Assembly (NCBI GenBank): GCA_964525595.1
Contig: CAZGHF010000001.1
Span: 29,509 to 93,508, forward strand
Direction of reading: 5' to 3'
Source of the DNA: an uncultured Candidatus Saccharibacteria bacterium
Lineage (GTDB): Bacteria; Patescibacteriota; Minisyncoccia; UBA6257; GWB1-50-10
DNA: 64,000 nt
Part shown: positions 46,045-56,077 of the stretch, one piece after another
How positions within the stretch are numbered: the first letter of the stretch is position 1
Layout: each line of letters opens with the position of its first letter
The notes under the pieces: model-generated
What the model saw: only the letters and a program-made list of their open reading frames with translations
Database searches by the model: none
What the model was told of the DNA's origin: nothing
Program-made: the position numbers and the translations under genes

Positions 46045-46075
46045 CAAAAACCTCTTATTGCTATAATGATTTAAA

Positions 46076-46672
46076 GTGGAAGTTGCAGTCAAATTAATCA
46101 TTACCGTTATTTTTATTGCCCTTATAGCAGTCGGGGTTGTTTTTTTGGGAGTTTTTGGTCTCCTACCGGCTAAGAAGACGACAACTGTTCTGGAAGTGGA
46201 AGAGAAAATAATTGTGAGAGAAACAGTCGTAGATTCACCTTCTGCCGAACCGGTGGTGCCGGGCACGAGTCCAGTTACGTCTGATAATCAAGTCGTGACG
46301 CCTGAAGAAGTGCCGGTTAAGCTCGATGTCCTGCCCGGTACGCCTGAGGCGCCTCAGCAATCCAATCCGATAAGCTCCGAAGACGTTCCCGAAAAAGCCA
46401 TAAAAATTGAGATTTCGGTGGAGGGCATCAACCCCAATAATTTTACGGTAGAAGCTGGCTCAGTCGTCGTTTTATCGGTTTCCTCCGTTGGTGACCAAAC
46501 TCATGTTTTCAAATTTAAAAACCCCGCTCTGAAAGCAGTGGCAATCGGTGTCGGTCCGGGCGAGACAAGAGCTATTACTTTTAACGCTCCGGAAGCCGGG
46601 GATTACGATTTCTTCTGCGACGTTCCCGGTCACGAGGGGAGAGGTGAAGTAGGAACTATGACTGTCAGGTAG
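46076..46672 (+). CDS. membrane-anchored cupredoxin (plastocyanin/azurin-like type 1 copper protein)
   Basis: GTG start. N-terminal TM helix. C-terminal copper-site pattern H(VF)...FFCDVPGHEGRGEVGTM (Cys-x2-P-G-His-x6-Met). Confidence 0.65.
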   Translation: MEVAVKLIITVIFIALIAVGVVFLGVFGLLPAKKTTTVLEVEEKIIVRETVVDSPSAEPVVPGTSPVTSDNQVVTPEEVPVKLDVLPGTPEAPQQSNPISSEDVPEKAIKIEISVEGINPNNFTVEAGSVVVLSVSSVGDQTHVFKFKNPALKAVAIGVGPGETRAITFNAPEAGDYDFFCDVPGHEGRGEVGTMTVR

Positions 46673-47852
46673 AAATTTTGAAGAAACGGTGCTTGCCGAT
46701 TTTTAGAACTTCGCCACCGCGGAAAGTTATTGTCTCTTTTGGATTCTTTTTCGTTTCCTCGTTTATTTTTACGCCGCTCTGGAGAACGAGTCGTCGCGCT
46801 TCGTTTCTTGATTGCACTCCGGCTTTAATCAGTAATTCCAAAATTCCCGATTTTTTGTTCTTTATCTTCAAAAGAGGTATTTTTTTCGGCAACTCCTTTT
46901 TTGAGAAAACTCTAATAAATTCTTCTTTTGCTTTCTCCGCCTCCTTTTCGCTATAGCAGAGCCTAACCACCCAAAAGGCGACTTTCAGTTTAGCGTTTCT
47001 TGGCTTCATGTTTTTGAGTTTTTTTACTTCACTCAAAGGCATTTCAGTTGAGAGTTCAGCAACCGGAATTGTGGCTTCGTCCGGTAGAGCCATTGTTTTT
47101 CCAAACAAATCTTTGGGTTTATCGTCCAAATTAATTAAACCGCCCTCGCTTTTTGTCATAAGTTTTTTGCCGGTTTTCGGATTTTCCAAGAGCTTAGTGG
47201 TAAGCACCAACTTTTCCTTGTTTTTTAATGTTTTCATCAAGTCGCGGCCGACAAGCATATTGAATGTTTGGTCCCGGCCGCCGATTTCCATATCTACGTC
47301 CATTGCCACGGAGTCGTAACCCTGCATCAGAGGATACAGGAATTCATGAAGGCCGATTACTTTGTTTTCTTTGAGGCGTTTTTGGAACATATCTCTTTTA
47401 ATCAACTGCCCGACGGTTAAGAGCTGAGCTAATTTTATAAGATCTTCAAATTTCATTTTGGAGTGCCAGCTGGAATTAAATTTTAAAACCGCTTTATTGG
47501 GGCCGGTAAAATTTATAATCTTTGATGCCTGACTCTTGAAAGTTTTCAGGTTTTTCCTGATTTCTTTTTCAGTTAGCGGAATTCTTGCTGCTGTCCGGTC
47601 GGAGGGGTCGCCGATTCGGCCGGTAAAGTCCCCAATCAGGAAAATTATCTGATGGCCAAGTTTTTGAAGTCGTTTCAGGATTAGGAGGCTTACGGCGTGT
47701 CCTAAATGGAGATGGGGTCCGGTTGGATCAACGCCAAGGTAGATTTTGATTTTTCGGCTGCCCGAGAGGACTTTCTCAAGCGCTTGTTTGGAGGGGTAAA
47801 TTTTATCTACTGCCCTTTCCAGAACTTCCCTTATTAATTCTTTCTTGTTCAT
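46665..47852 (-). CDS. tyrS: tyrosine--tRNA ligase
   Basis: YLGVDPTGPHLHLGHAV (HIGH), KMSKS-like KLMTKSEG, C-terminal S4-like domain. Confidence 0.85.
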   Translation of the reverse strand: MNKKELIREVLERAVDKIYPSKQALEKVLSGSRKIKIYLGVDPTGPHLHLGHAVSLLILKRLQKLGHQIIFLIGDFTGRIGDPSDRTAARIPLTEKEIRKNLKTFKSQASKIINFTGPNKAVLKFNSSWHSKMKFEDLIKLAQLLTVGQLIKRDMFQKRLKENKVIGLHEFLYPLMQGYDSVAMDVDMEIGGRDQTFNMLVGRDLMKTLKNKEKLVLTTKLLENPKTGKKLMTKSEGGLINLDDKPKDLFGKTMALPDEATIPVAELSTEMPLSEVKKLKNMKPRNAKLKVAFWVVRLCYSEKEAEKAKEEFIRVFSKKELPKKIPLLKIKNKKSGILELLIKAGVQSRNEARRLVLQSGVKINEETKKNPKETITFRGGEVLKIGKHRFFKIST

Positions 47853-47873
47853 TATTCTTAATATAATACCACG

Positions 47874-47896
47874 AAACCCCGGCGGTGCCGGGGTTT
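47874..47896. terminator. hairpin aaaccccggcggtgccggggttt between clpP and tyrS
   Basis: 7-8-bp GC stem flanked by A- and T-runs. Placed as the terminator of clpP on the minus strand. Confidence 0.55.
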
Positions 47897-47924
47897 ATAA
47901 GTTATAAAGGTTTCTTTTTATTTT

Positions 47925-48542
47925 TTAGTTTTTTTTGACAATCTCGTCGATTATCCCGTAGCTTTTTGCTTCTTTAGGGTCAAGCCAAAAGTCGCGGTCA
48001 ACGTCCTTTTCAATGCGGGATAGCGGCTGACCGGTGTGCTTGGCGAGGATGTGATTTAATCTATCCTTGATTTTAATGATGTGTTTGGCGGTTATCTCAA
48101 TCTCCGAAGCCTGACCTTCGGCTCCGCCCATTACCTGGTGAAGAAGAATTTCGGAGTTCGGCAGGGCGAACCTTTTCCCTTTTTTGCCGGCGGCAAGGAG
48201 GACAGCGCCCATTGAGGCGGCAAGCCCAACGCAGATTGTTGAAACCGGGGACTTGACGTGCTGTATTGTATCATAAACTGCCATGCCGGCCGTTACCGAA
48301 CCGCCAGGCGTGTTGATGTAAAGTTTGATGTCTTTTTTGGAATCCTGGTTGTCCAAAAACAGAAACTGAGCGATTACCGTGTTTGCTACGGCGTCGTGTA
48401 TCGGGCCGCCCAAAAAAATAATCCGCTCTTTTAAAAGGCGGGAATAAATATCGTAAGCCCGCTCGCCGTAGCTTGATTTTTCAATAACTGTTGGGATTAG
48501 GTTCATCGCTTCCATATTAGTCCATAGTCTTGGTTGCGTCAA
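47925..48542 (-). CDS. clpP: ATP-dependent Clp protease proteolytic subunit
   Basis: [10 protein letters not shown]...[17 protein letters not shown]... with catalytic Ser/His/Asp. 205 aa. Confidence 0.9.
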   Translation of the reverse strand: MTQPRLWTNMEAMNLIPTVIEKSSYGERAYDIYSRLLKERIIFLGGPIHDAVANTVIAQFLFLDNQDSKKDIKLYINTPGGSVTAGMAVYDTIQHVKSPVSTICVGLAASMGAVLLAAGKKGKRFALPNSEILLHQVMGGAEGQASEIEITAKHIIKIKDRLNHILAKHTGQPLSRIEKDVDRDFWLDPKEAKSYGIIDEIVKKN

Positions 48543-48552
48543 ACCCCGTATT

Positions 48553-49068
48553 TCAGGTTTTTACCATGACAAAACCGATTATTTTTCTTGCTCCAGATTT
48601 TTTTAAGACCCTCACAGCCTCTTTCATCGTCGCGCCGGAAGTGAAGACGTCGTCAACGAGAATTATATTTCTTCCGGCAATAAGCGCCGGATTTTTTATT
48701 CCAAAACAACCTGCCACGTTTTTTTCTCTCTCTTTATAGTTCTTGGTTTTTATCTGCGGATTTGTTTTCTTTGTTCTTATAAGATTGTCTTCGTGGATTT
48801 TAATTTTTAGCTCATCGCTTACGATTCTTGCGATTAGCGCTGCCTGATTGAAACCGCGCTCCCTCTCTTTTTTGGCGTGGAGAGGGACGGGGATGATAAT
48901 AAAAATAGAATTTTGAATTTCTTTTGTTTTGATTACCTTTTTAAGGTAACTTTTCACGATTTTGGAGAGCGGTTCGAGAGCCGTTCTGATTCTCTGGTAT
49001 TTTAAGGCGTGAACCAGTTCTTTTACCACCGGGATTCTGCAGAAAGAAGAGGCGGGAAGAAAAAACAT
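48553..49068 (-). CDS. comF: ComF family protein (phosphoribosyltransferase domain, competence-associated)
   Basis: C-terminal PRTase motif [15 protein letters not shown]. 171 aa, short form. Confidence 0.65.
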   Translation of the reverse strand: MFFLPASSFCRIPVVKELVHALKYQRIRTALEPLSKIVKSYLKKVIKTKEIQNSIFIIIPVPLHAKKERERGFNQAALIARIVSDELKIKIHEDNLIRTKKTNPQIKTKNYKEREKNVAGCFGIKNPALIAGRNIILVDDVFTSGATMKEAVRVLKKSGARKIIGFVMVKT

Positions 49069-49300
49069 GATAGCTTAATCGCAGTTATACGCGATTTTAG
49101 TATGGAGACAGCTCTATGGAGGACAGACAAAACCGCTTCTTATTTCGATTAAAGCTTCGCAACTGCTGCAAAGTGCACCACTCGCGATTCGCCTTCGGCA
49201 ACCGACGCAGAGTGGCGGGAAGAGAACCAAAAACAATTGTTTTAGAAAAGAATGATAGTTCATTATCTTATTCTATTCCTCGTGCTAGAATATAGAAACA

Positions 49301-50395
49301 ATGAACTTGGATTTCTTTGGTTTTTTTAAAGATATCGCCAATTTTTTGAAGGCAGGTTCGGTTTTAGGGGTTGATATCGGCACTACCTCCATAAAGATGG
49401 CGGAAGTGTCGAGAAAAGGCGCCAATTTCAAGCTTGTAAATTACGGGGTACTGGAGACGAAAAAATATATCGAGCATCCGAATCAGGCCATCCAGACCGG
49501 CTCTTTGGAAATAGTTGAAAAAGAAGCAGTAAACCTCCTCAACGTTCTTTTGAATGAAGTAAAGCCGAAGAGTAAAACCGTCCTCGTTTCAATTCCGGTC
49601 TTTTCGTCCTTTATCGTTCCTCTTGACATGCCGCTTCTTTCAGCTCAGGAAACCGAAAAATCTGTGAGTTTTCAAGCTAAGAAATACATTCCCTTGCCAC
49701 AGAGCGCCGTTTCCCACGACTGGATTAAGGTTGATGAATTTGAAAATAACAAGGGGGTGAAATTCCAGAGACTGCTATTAATAGGTATTCCTTCAAGTGT
49801 AATTAAGAAATACAAAGGAATCTTCAAAACTGTTGGCTTGCGTCTCGTTACTCTTGAACTTGAAACGCTTGCTCTTGCCCGCGCTCTCGGAAATTTCAGC
49901 GAACCAACTCTTGTTGTTGATATCGGAGGCGAATCTACGAGCATCAATGTCATTGAGGGGAGTCTTGTCAAGCATTCATCTGTGAGCGATTATGGCGGTA
50001 TTCATCTTACGCAGGCCTTGTCGCGAGGTTTAGGCTTAAGCGTCTTAAGGGCTGAAGAACTGAAACGCCGAAGAGGTCTTATGGGGAAAGAAGGAGAAAG
50101 CGAGTTATCAACATTAATTCTGCCGTTTTTAGATGTTATAATACAAGAAACGAGATATGCACGGGATTCTTACGAGCGCCGTTACGGTAAGAAGGTGGAA
50201 AAATTAATGCTTGTTGGCGGCGGTGCAAACCTTTTAGGTATTAACAAATATTTTGGCAGTCAGATGAATTTACCAACTATTGAACCGGCGACTTTGAATG
50301 GTTTTGAATATAATCCTGATTTGGAGCTTGTCACCAGATACCTTAAAAATGAATTACCGGTCGCAATAGGTCTCGCCAAAAGATATTTTATTTAG
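49301..50395 (+). CDS. pilM: type IV pilus assembly protein PilM (actin-like ATPase fold)
   Basis: VLGVDIGTTSIKMAEV N-terminus and VVDIGGESTSI second ATPase motif. 364 aa. Confidence 0.8.
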   Translation: MNLDFFGFFKDIANFLKAGSVLGVDIGTTSIKMAEVSRKGANFKLVNYGVLETKKYIEHPNQAIQTGSLEIVEKEAVNLLNVLLNEVKPKSKTVLVSIPVFSSFIVPLDMPLLSAQETEKSVSFQAKKYIPLPQSAVSHDWIKVDEFENNKGVKFQRLLLIGIPSSVIKKYKGIFKTVGLRLVTLELETLALARALGNFSEPTLVVDIGGESTSINVIEGSLVKHSSVSDYGGIHLTQALSRGLGLSVLRAEELKRRRGLMGKEGESELSTLILPFLDVIIQETRYARDSYERRYGKKVEKLMLVGGGANLLGINKYFGSQMNLPTIEPATLNGFEYNPDLELVTRYLKNELPVAIGLAKRYFI

Positions 50396-50398
50396 AAG

Positions 50399-50962
50399 AT
50401 GCCCGACATACATTCCCAGCCAAATTTAAGCAACCAATTTGCCTCTGATACAATCCAGATAGGTTTTCCATGGCGGCTTTTCATTTTTTCCTCCGCTCTT
50501 TTCCTCTTTTCCCTTTTTGTTTTCTTTGGTCTCAGGTTTGGCTACATCGCCTACATTGATGGGAGGGCCGAGGATCTCGACCGAAAAATCGAAGACTTAG
50601 CCCAGCAGGTAACCCGGGAAGACCAGCAAAGCTTTATTGGTTTTTATTCTCAACTTGTGAATCTTGAGAAAGTTTTAGGTCGTCATGGATTTTCGGCAAA
50701 CGTCTTCACTTTCATCGAACGAAACACACTTGGCGAGGTTTATTATAAAGAAGCTGAGTTTTCTGCCCCGGACAAAAGTATTGATCTGAGCGGCGTCACC
50801 ACTTCAAATGGAACGCTGGTTAACCAACTTTCTTTACTCGATAATCGGGAAGAAGTAAACCGCGTGATTCTTAACCGGATGAATGCTGAAGAAGCCGGCG
50901 GTGTTGCTTTTAACATCACCATCTTTTTTGAAGGAGATTTTTTTCAAAAACCCACACTATAA
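50399..50962 (+). CDS. pilN: PilN-like pilus assembly protein
   Basis: Single TM helix then coiled coil. Position after pilM. Confidence 0.55.
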   Translation: MPDIHSQPNLSNQFASDTIQIGFPWRLFIFSSALFLFSLFVFFGLRFGYIAYIDGRAEDLDRKIEDLAQQVTREDQQSFIGFYSQLVNLEKVLGRHGFSANVFTFIERNTLGEVYYKEAEFSAPDKSIDLSGVTTSNGTLVNQLSLLDNREEVNRVILNRMNAEEAGGVAFNITIFFEGDFFQKPTL

Positions 50963-50978
50963 GACCATAAGATAAGAC

Positions 50979-51539
50979 ATGAAAACCTCAACTAAGAGAA
51001 TTTTAAGCATAGCCTTAGCCGCCCTCCTTTTTGTGGGTATTCTCGTTGTTTATGCAAGTCTTATAAAACCAGAGCTTGCTAAAATAGACGAGAAAAGAGC
51101 GCTTGTGGTTTCCAAGGAAAGTCTTTTTGCAAGCGAGAGCAGTGCTGTGAACCAAGTACAGGATTTAATCGGTCAGTTCCAAAGCATTGTTGCTCTTCAG
51201 GAAACGGTTTCTCTCGCTCTGCCGCAGGAGGAAAACGTGACTGGCATCTTGAATCAGATTCAATCGATTGCCAGTTTATCAAACGTTTCGCTCAATTCTT
51301 TTTCAGTAAGACCGCTTGCTTTTAAGCCGACGAAACAACCGCTGGTAAGGCGTCTTGGTTCTCTTGAAATTGTCTTTGCGGTGACAGGGGGTTACGAAAA
51401 CCTAAAACAGTTTTTAAAATCTCTTGAAACCAATGTCAGGATTTCCAATATAACGAGTTTCCGGTTTTTCCCGATGGTCAACCCTTTAATTAGTGGCTAT
51501 AGCCTTAACTTAACGGTCGAAACATTTTATCAGGAATAA
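50979..51539 (+). CDS. pilO: PilO-like pilus assembly protein
   Basis: Single N-terminal TM helix, 186 aa. Position after pilN. Confidence 0.5.
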   Translation: MKTSTKRILSIALAALLFVGILVVYASLIKPELAKIDEKRALVVSKESLFASESSAVNQVQDLIGQFQSIVALQETVSLALPQEENVTGILNQIQSIASLSNVSLNSFSVRPLAFKPTKQPLVRRLGSLEIVFAVTGGYENLKQFLKSLETNVRISNITSFRFFPMVNPLISGYSLNLTVETFYQE

Positions 51540-51541
51540 CC

Positions 51542-51832
51542 ATGGCAATAGTAGTTGAAGAACAAAAAAAATCGGTTAATTGGGTAACAATTCTTACAAT
51601 GCTAGTTGTCATCGCCGTTGTTTTTGCCGGCGCTTACTTGCTTTTTTTCAAAAAACCGGAACTTATAGAGATTGTTACGCCGGGAGGGCTGGAAGGCGTA
51701 AGCGAGATTTCCAAAATTTCTTTTGATCCAGAAAGCGTTTTGAGTGCACCAACCTTCAAGCTTCTGCGCCAGTATGGGACGGCTCCCACGCCGTCTACCC
51801 CGGGACGGGACAATCCTTTTGAGCCATTTTAA
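51542..51832 (+). CDS. hypothetical small membrane protein in pilus operon
   Basis: 96 aa with one TM helix. Translationally coupled to pilO. Confidence 0.4.
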   Translation: MAIVVEEQKKSVNWVTILTMLVVIAVVFAGAYLLFFKKPELIEIVTPGGLEGVSEISKISFDPESVLSAPTFKLLRQYGTAPTPSTPGRDNPFEPF

Positions 51833-51862
51833 GGGCTTTGTATAGATTTCTTTAAAACCTTG

Positions 51863-51892
51863 ACCAAGCACTCAATGTTTTGAGTGCTTGGT
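51863..51892 (+). terminator. hairpin accaagcactcaa-tgtt-ttgagtgcttggt between pilMNO and pilB
   Basis: 13-bp perfect stem. Possible attenuator/terminator. Confidence 0.5.
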
Positions 51893-51915
51893 GCTCAAAT
51901 TTATGGTAAAATCTA

Positions 51916-51954
51916 GGTTAGGATAGGAATTTAAGAATTTTAATAAATTTAAAC
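51916..51954 (+). promoter_or_regulatory. conserved upstream element ggttagg-ataggaatttaagaattttaataaatttaaac preceding pilB (second copy at 54775..54811 preceding pilC)
   Basis: The two copies share GGTTAGG, a 3-5-nt divergent stretch, then ATTTAAGAATTTTAATAAA, and each ends 0-1 nt before the ATG. Confidence 0.55.
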
Positions 51955-53685
51955 ATGACTGACCAAGAGCTATTTAAAGAACTCGTTAAAAGAAATATTT
52001 TAGAAGCGGCTCTGGCCGAGAAAACTCTGAAAGACGCGGGTTTTACAAATCGGTCAGCTGAAGAGCTTCTCTACGAGCGCCGTTTAGCCGACGAGACGGC
52101 TGTCGCAAAAGTCAAAAGCGAACTCTTGAAGGTGCCTTATAAGAAAATTGACCCCGTCTCTATAAGTGAAGAAATTTTGAAGATTATTCCTTACGAAACT
52201 TCGAAAACTTACCGGGTTGTGCCGCTTGAAAAACAGAAGGACATGCTTGTTGTCGGAATGCTCCGACCGGAACCCCAAGTTGAAGAAGCTCTCCGTTTCA
52301 TTGCCAAGCGCGAACATCTGTCCTTAGGCGTTTTTATAATCACCCCCTCGGATCTTGCCGCCGTTTGGCGCCGCTACACTCCTTACCGCAGTGAGATTGA
52401 ATCTGCCGTAAGGGAATTAGGTGGAGGAAAAGAAGACAAGGACAATAAGCTGATTTCTCTTGAAGAGGGGGCGAGAACTGTGGAGGAAGGGCCAATTATA
52501 AAAATCGTGGCTTCAACTCTAAGAAGAGCGGTTGAAGTCGGCGCTTCCGATGTTCACTTTGAGCCTCAACGCTCCCGGTTTCGGGTGAGGTTCAGGATTG
52601 ACGGAAAACTTGAAGAAGTTGCCTCATTGCCGACATCTTTGAGTCAACCCATTATATCAAGAGTAAAAGTTCTCTCGCGTTTACGGTTGGATGAAACACG
52701 GATTCCTCAAGACGGTCGTTTTAGAACGGTCGTTTCCGGCCGCGATATTGACTATCGTGTTTCAACTTTCCCGACACCCTCCGGCGAAAAGGCGGCCATT
52801 CGTATTCTTGACCCGAGTACCGGTCTTCGCGGCTTGAAAGAAATCGGTCTTTCCGACTACAATTTCAGGATTTTGGACGAGACAACAAGTGGTCCTTTCG
52901 GTATGATTTTGATTTCCGGCCCCACCGGTTCAGGAAAGACCACCACGCTTTACGCGATGATGCAGAAAATAAATTCCAGCGATGTGAATGTTATGAGTCT
53001 GGAAGATCCGGTAGAGTATTTTATGGACGGGATAAACCAATCGCAGGTAAAGCCTGAGATTGGTTACACTTTTGCTTCGGGTTTGAGGCAGATTCTTCGG
53101 CAGGACCCTGACATAATTATGGTTGGCGAGATTCGTGACTCAGAAACCGCTGGTCTTGCCATAAACTCTGCTCTCACCGGTCACATGGTTCTTTCAACTC
53201 TTCACACCAATAGTGCTGTTGGTGTTATTCCCCGACTGGTTGATTTGGGTGTGCCGGGATTTCTTCTTTCTTCCGCTCTGCGGTTGATGATAGCCCAACG
53301 GCTTGTCTCCCGTCTTTGTCCAAAATGTAAAGAAAAAACAGAGGCGTCTAAGGAAGCGGCGGACATAATTACGGAGAACTTGAATAACCTCCCGCCTAAT
53401 TTTAAGAGAGATCCAAAATTTAAACCGCCCTACCAAGTTTATCACCCCGGTTCTAAAGGTGCCTGTGAGGCTTGCAAAGGAAAAGGTTTTTCAGGTCGGG
53501 TGGCAATTTTTGAAATTTTCAGAATGACCCGGGAGCTTGGAAATCTCATTAGTTCGGGGTTTACCGAAGGAAGACTTCAAGATGAAGCGAAGCGTCAGGG
53601 AATGGTAACATTAAGGCAGGACGGGATAATAAAAGCTTTGGAAGGTAAAGTTTTATTGGAGGAGGTATTGCGTGAAACCGAGTAA
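51955..53685 (+). CDS. pilB: type IV pilus assembly ATPase PilB (GspE family)
   Basis: N-terminal GSPII domain, Walker A GPTGSGKTTT, Asp box, His box, C-terminal CxxC zinc motifs. Confidence 0.9.
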   Translation: MTDQELFKELVKRNILEAALAEKTLKDAGFTNRSAEELLYERRLADETAVAKVKSELLKVPYKKIDPVSISEEILKIIPYETSKTYRVVPLEKQKDMLVVGMLRPEPQVEEALRFIAKREHLSLGVFIITPSDLAAVWRRYTPYRSEIESAVRELGGGKEDKDNKLISLEEGARTVEEGPIIKIVASTLRRAVEVGASDVHFEPQRSRFRVRFRIDGKLEEVASLPTSLSQPIISRVKVLSRLRLDETRIPQDGRFRTVVSGRDIDYRVSTFPTPSGEKAAIRILDPSTGLRGLKEIGLSDYNFRILDETTSGPFGMILISGPTGSGKTTTLYAMMQKINSSDVNVMSLEDPVEYFMDGINQSQVKPEIGYTFASGLRQILRQDPDIIMVGEIRDSETAGLAINSALTGHMVLSTLHTNSAVGVIPRLVDLGVPGFLLSSALRLMIAQRLVSRLCPKCKEKTEASKEAADIITENLNNLPPNFKRDPKFKPPYQVYHPGSKGACEACKGKGFSGRVAIFEIFRMTRELGNLISSGFTEGRLQDEAKRQGMVTLRQDGIIKALEGKVLLEEVLRETE

Positions 53686-53702
53686 ACCTTAAAATACAAT
53701 AT

Positions 53703-54773
53703 ATGGATTACAAACAAAAATTAAATGAACTGCTTCTTATAACAGCTAAGCAGAATGCTTCTGATCTTCATGTTGCAGTGGGTAGGCGACCGACTATTCG
53801 AGTTGACAGCGTTTTAATTCCTATTACTAAGGAGTCGATTCTCACAAAAGCTGATGCCGAGGGGCTTGTTCTTGCACTCCTTACCGATGAACAGAAGAAA
53901 GAATTTTTTGTAAAGAAACAACTCGACTTTTCTTACAGCTTGGAAGACAAAGCGAGGTTCAGAGTAAATGTTTATCTCCAGCGAGGTTTTATGGCTGCGG
54001 CCATGCGGCTTATTCCCGCAGGAATCAGAACCTTGGAAGAGTTGGGTTTACCGCCTCTCCTTCACGATTTTACCAAACTCAACCAAGGCTTCATTCTTAT
54101 TGTGGGACCGGCTGGTCATGGCAAGTCAACGACACTTGCTGCTCTTCTTGACGAGATAAACCACAAACGGACTGACCATATCATTACAATTGAAGACCCA
54201 ATTGAATATTTGTTCTCGCAAGACAGATGTATTATTTCCCAAAGAGAAGTCGGCATGGATACTCTTTCTTTTCACGACGCTCTTCGATCAATTCTTCGGC
54301 AGGACCCGGACGTTATTATGATTGGTGAAGTCCGAGATCCGGAAACAATGGCTACCGCAATGACAGCTGCTGAAACAGGTCACTTAGTTTTCTCAACCAT
54401 GCATACAAATTCAGCATCGCAAACCATTGACCGAATAATTGATTCTTTCCCGCCGAGTCAGCAGGGTCAGGTTATTTCTCAGCTTGCCTCGACGCTTGTT
54501 GCGGTAATCTCCGAACGTTTGATTCCGAGGCTTGGCGGCAGCCGGATTCCCGCAATGGAAATAATGATTGCCAACCCGGCTATCAGAAACCTCATTCGTG
54601 AGAAGAAAATTTATCAGATTGATTTAGTGATTGAAACAAGCGTTCAGGAGGGCATGATGTCTCTTAACCGTTCGTTGGTTAATCTGGTGAAAAAGAAAGA
54701 AATCTCCCTTGAACAAGCCAGAGCTTATTCTTTGAATCCAGGAGAGTTAACGATACTCCTTGAGAGGTCATAA
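53703..54773 (+). CDS. pilT: type IV pilus retraction ATPase PilT
   Basis: Walker A GPAGHGKSTT, PilT-length (356 aa), AIRNLIRE motif. Confidence 0.85.
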   Translation: MDYKQKLNELLLITAKQNASDLHVAVGRRPTIRVDSVLIPITKESILTKADAEGLVLALLTDEQKKEFFVKKQLDFSYSLEDKARFRVNVYLQRGFMAAAMRLIPAGIRTLEELGLPPLLHDFTKLNQGFILIVGPAGHGKSTTLAALLDEINHKRTDHIITIEDPIEYLFSQDRCIISQREVGMDTLSFHDALRSILRQDPDVIMIGEVRDPETMATAMTAAETGHLVFSTMHTNSASQTIDRIIDSFPPSQQGQVISQLASTLVAVISERLIPRLGGSRIPAMEIMIANPAIRNLIREKKIYQIDLVIETSVQEGMMSLNRSLVNLVKKKEISLEQARAYSLNPGELTILLERS

Positions 54774-54811
54774 GGGTTAGGTAGAGATTTAAGAATTTTA
54801 ATAAACTTGGC

Positions 54812-56017
54812 ATGAAATTTTCGTACAAAGCAAGAACTAAAGAAGGTGAATTTCAGGTTGGCAACGTTGAAGCCGGCAGCCGGGAGGCGGCGGCAAACGT
54901 TCTTTTAGGGCATGGCCTTTTCGTGCTTACGCTTGAGTCGGTTAGGGAATCGCGTTGGTACAATCGGATTCTCGAATTCTTTAAGAGGGCGAAAACTACC
55001 GACATCATGATTTTCACTCGGCAGTTTGCGACAATGCTTGCTTCTCAAGTGCCTTTATCCGACAGTTTGGCAAACCTTTATCGTCAGACAACGCATCCGG
55101 TTCTTAAAGAAGCAATAACAGAGGTAGCGGGCGACGTTGATGCCGGCTTTTCTCTTTCCCAGGCTCTTGAGCGGCACTCCGGCATTTTTTCGGAATTCTA
55201 CGTTAACATGGTAAAGTCTGCAGAGGTGACCGGTCGCCTCTCCGAAGTATTGGGTTTTCTTGCCGACTATCTTGAAAAGCAGGCTACTTTGGTGGCTAAG
55301 GTAAAAAATGCTCTTATTTATCCAGCTCTTGTAATCGCTCTCTTTTTTGTGGTCGTGATTATAATGGTTTCTTTCGTTTTACCCCAGATTGCGCCGATTT
55401 TCGAGGAAGCGGACATCGAGTTGCCGGTATTTACCCAAGTGCTCTTATCCGGCGGTGAGTTCTTTTCCCAATGGTGGTGGATAATTGGAATACTTTTCAT
55501 TCTATTTGTTCTTGTAATTATAGATTATTTTCAAACCAAAGAGGGCAAGGTTGTTCTTGACGAAATTTCTCTTCGCCTTCCCGTGGTTGGTCCGCTTTTT
55601 CAAAAGCTCTACATCGCCCGCTTTGCGGAATCGACTCGAGTGCTCATTAAGGGCGGCCTTACCATACCCCAATCAATTGAAATATCTTCCCACACTATCG
55701 GTAACGCCGTTTATCGTGACCGGCTTCACGAAGCTTCAACGCGGATAAGAAAAGGGGAACTTCTCTCGAAAGCATTAGAGGCAATGCCTGAATTCCCACC
55801 GCTTGTTTCCCAACTTATCGCAGTCGGTGAGCAAACTGGCCGATTAGAGCAACTTTTGGAAAAAATCACCGATTTTTATACCCGGGAAGTTGATGATATC
55901 GTAAACAATTTGGTTACTTTGATTCAGCCCTCCTTGATGGTTGTAATAGGTATTATGGTGGCAATTCTTTTTGCTTCAATTCTTCTTCCGATTTACAGTT
56001 TAAGCCAGGTATTTTAA
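54812..56017 (+). CDS. pilC: type IV pilus platform protein PilC (GspF family)
   Basis: Two GspF repeats, 3 TM helices, 401 aa. Confidence 0.85.
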   Translation: MKFSYKARTKEGEFQVGNVEAGSREAAANVLLGHGLFVLTLESVRESRWYNRILEFFKRAKTTDIMIFTRQFATMLASQVPLSDSLANLYRQTTHPVLKEAITEVAGDVDAGFSLSQALERHSGIFSEFYVNMVKSAEVTGRLSEVLGFLADYLEKQATLVAKVKNALIYPALVIALFFVVVIIMVSFVLPQIAPIFEEADIELPVFTQVLLSGGEFFSQWWWIIGILFILFVLVIIDYFQTKEGKVVLDEISLRLPVVGPLFQKLYIARFAESTRVLIKGGLTIPQSIEISSHTIGNAVYRDRLHEASTRIRKGELLSKALEAMPEFPPLVSQLIAVGEQTGRLEQLLEKITDFYTREVDDIVNNLVTLIQPSLMVVIGIMVAILFASILLPIYSLSQVF

Positions 56018-56077
56018 TGTGATATACTTTTATTGAAGGTTAAAAAAGGTCGAAGGAAATAGCTTAAAAATTAAAAG

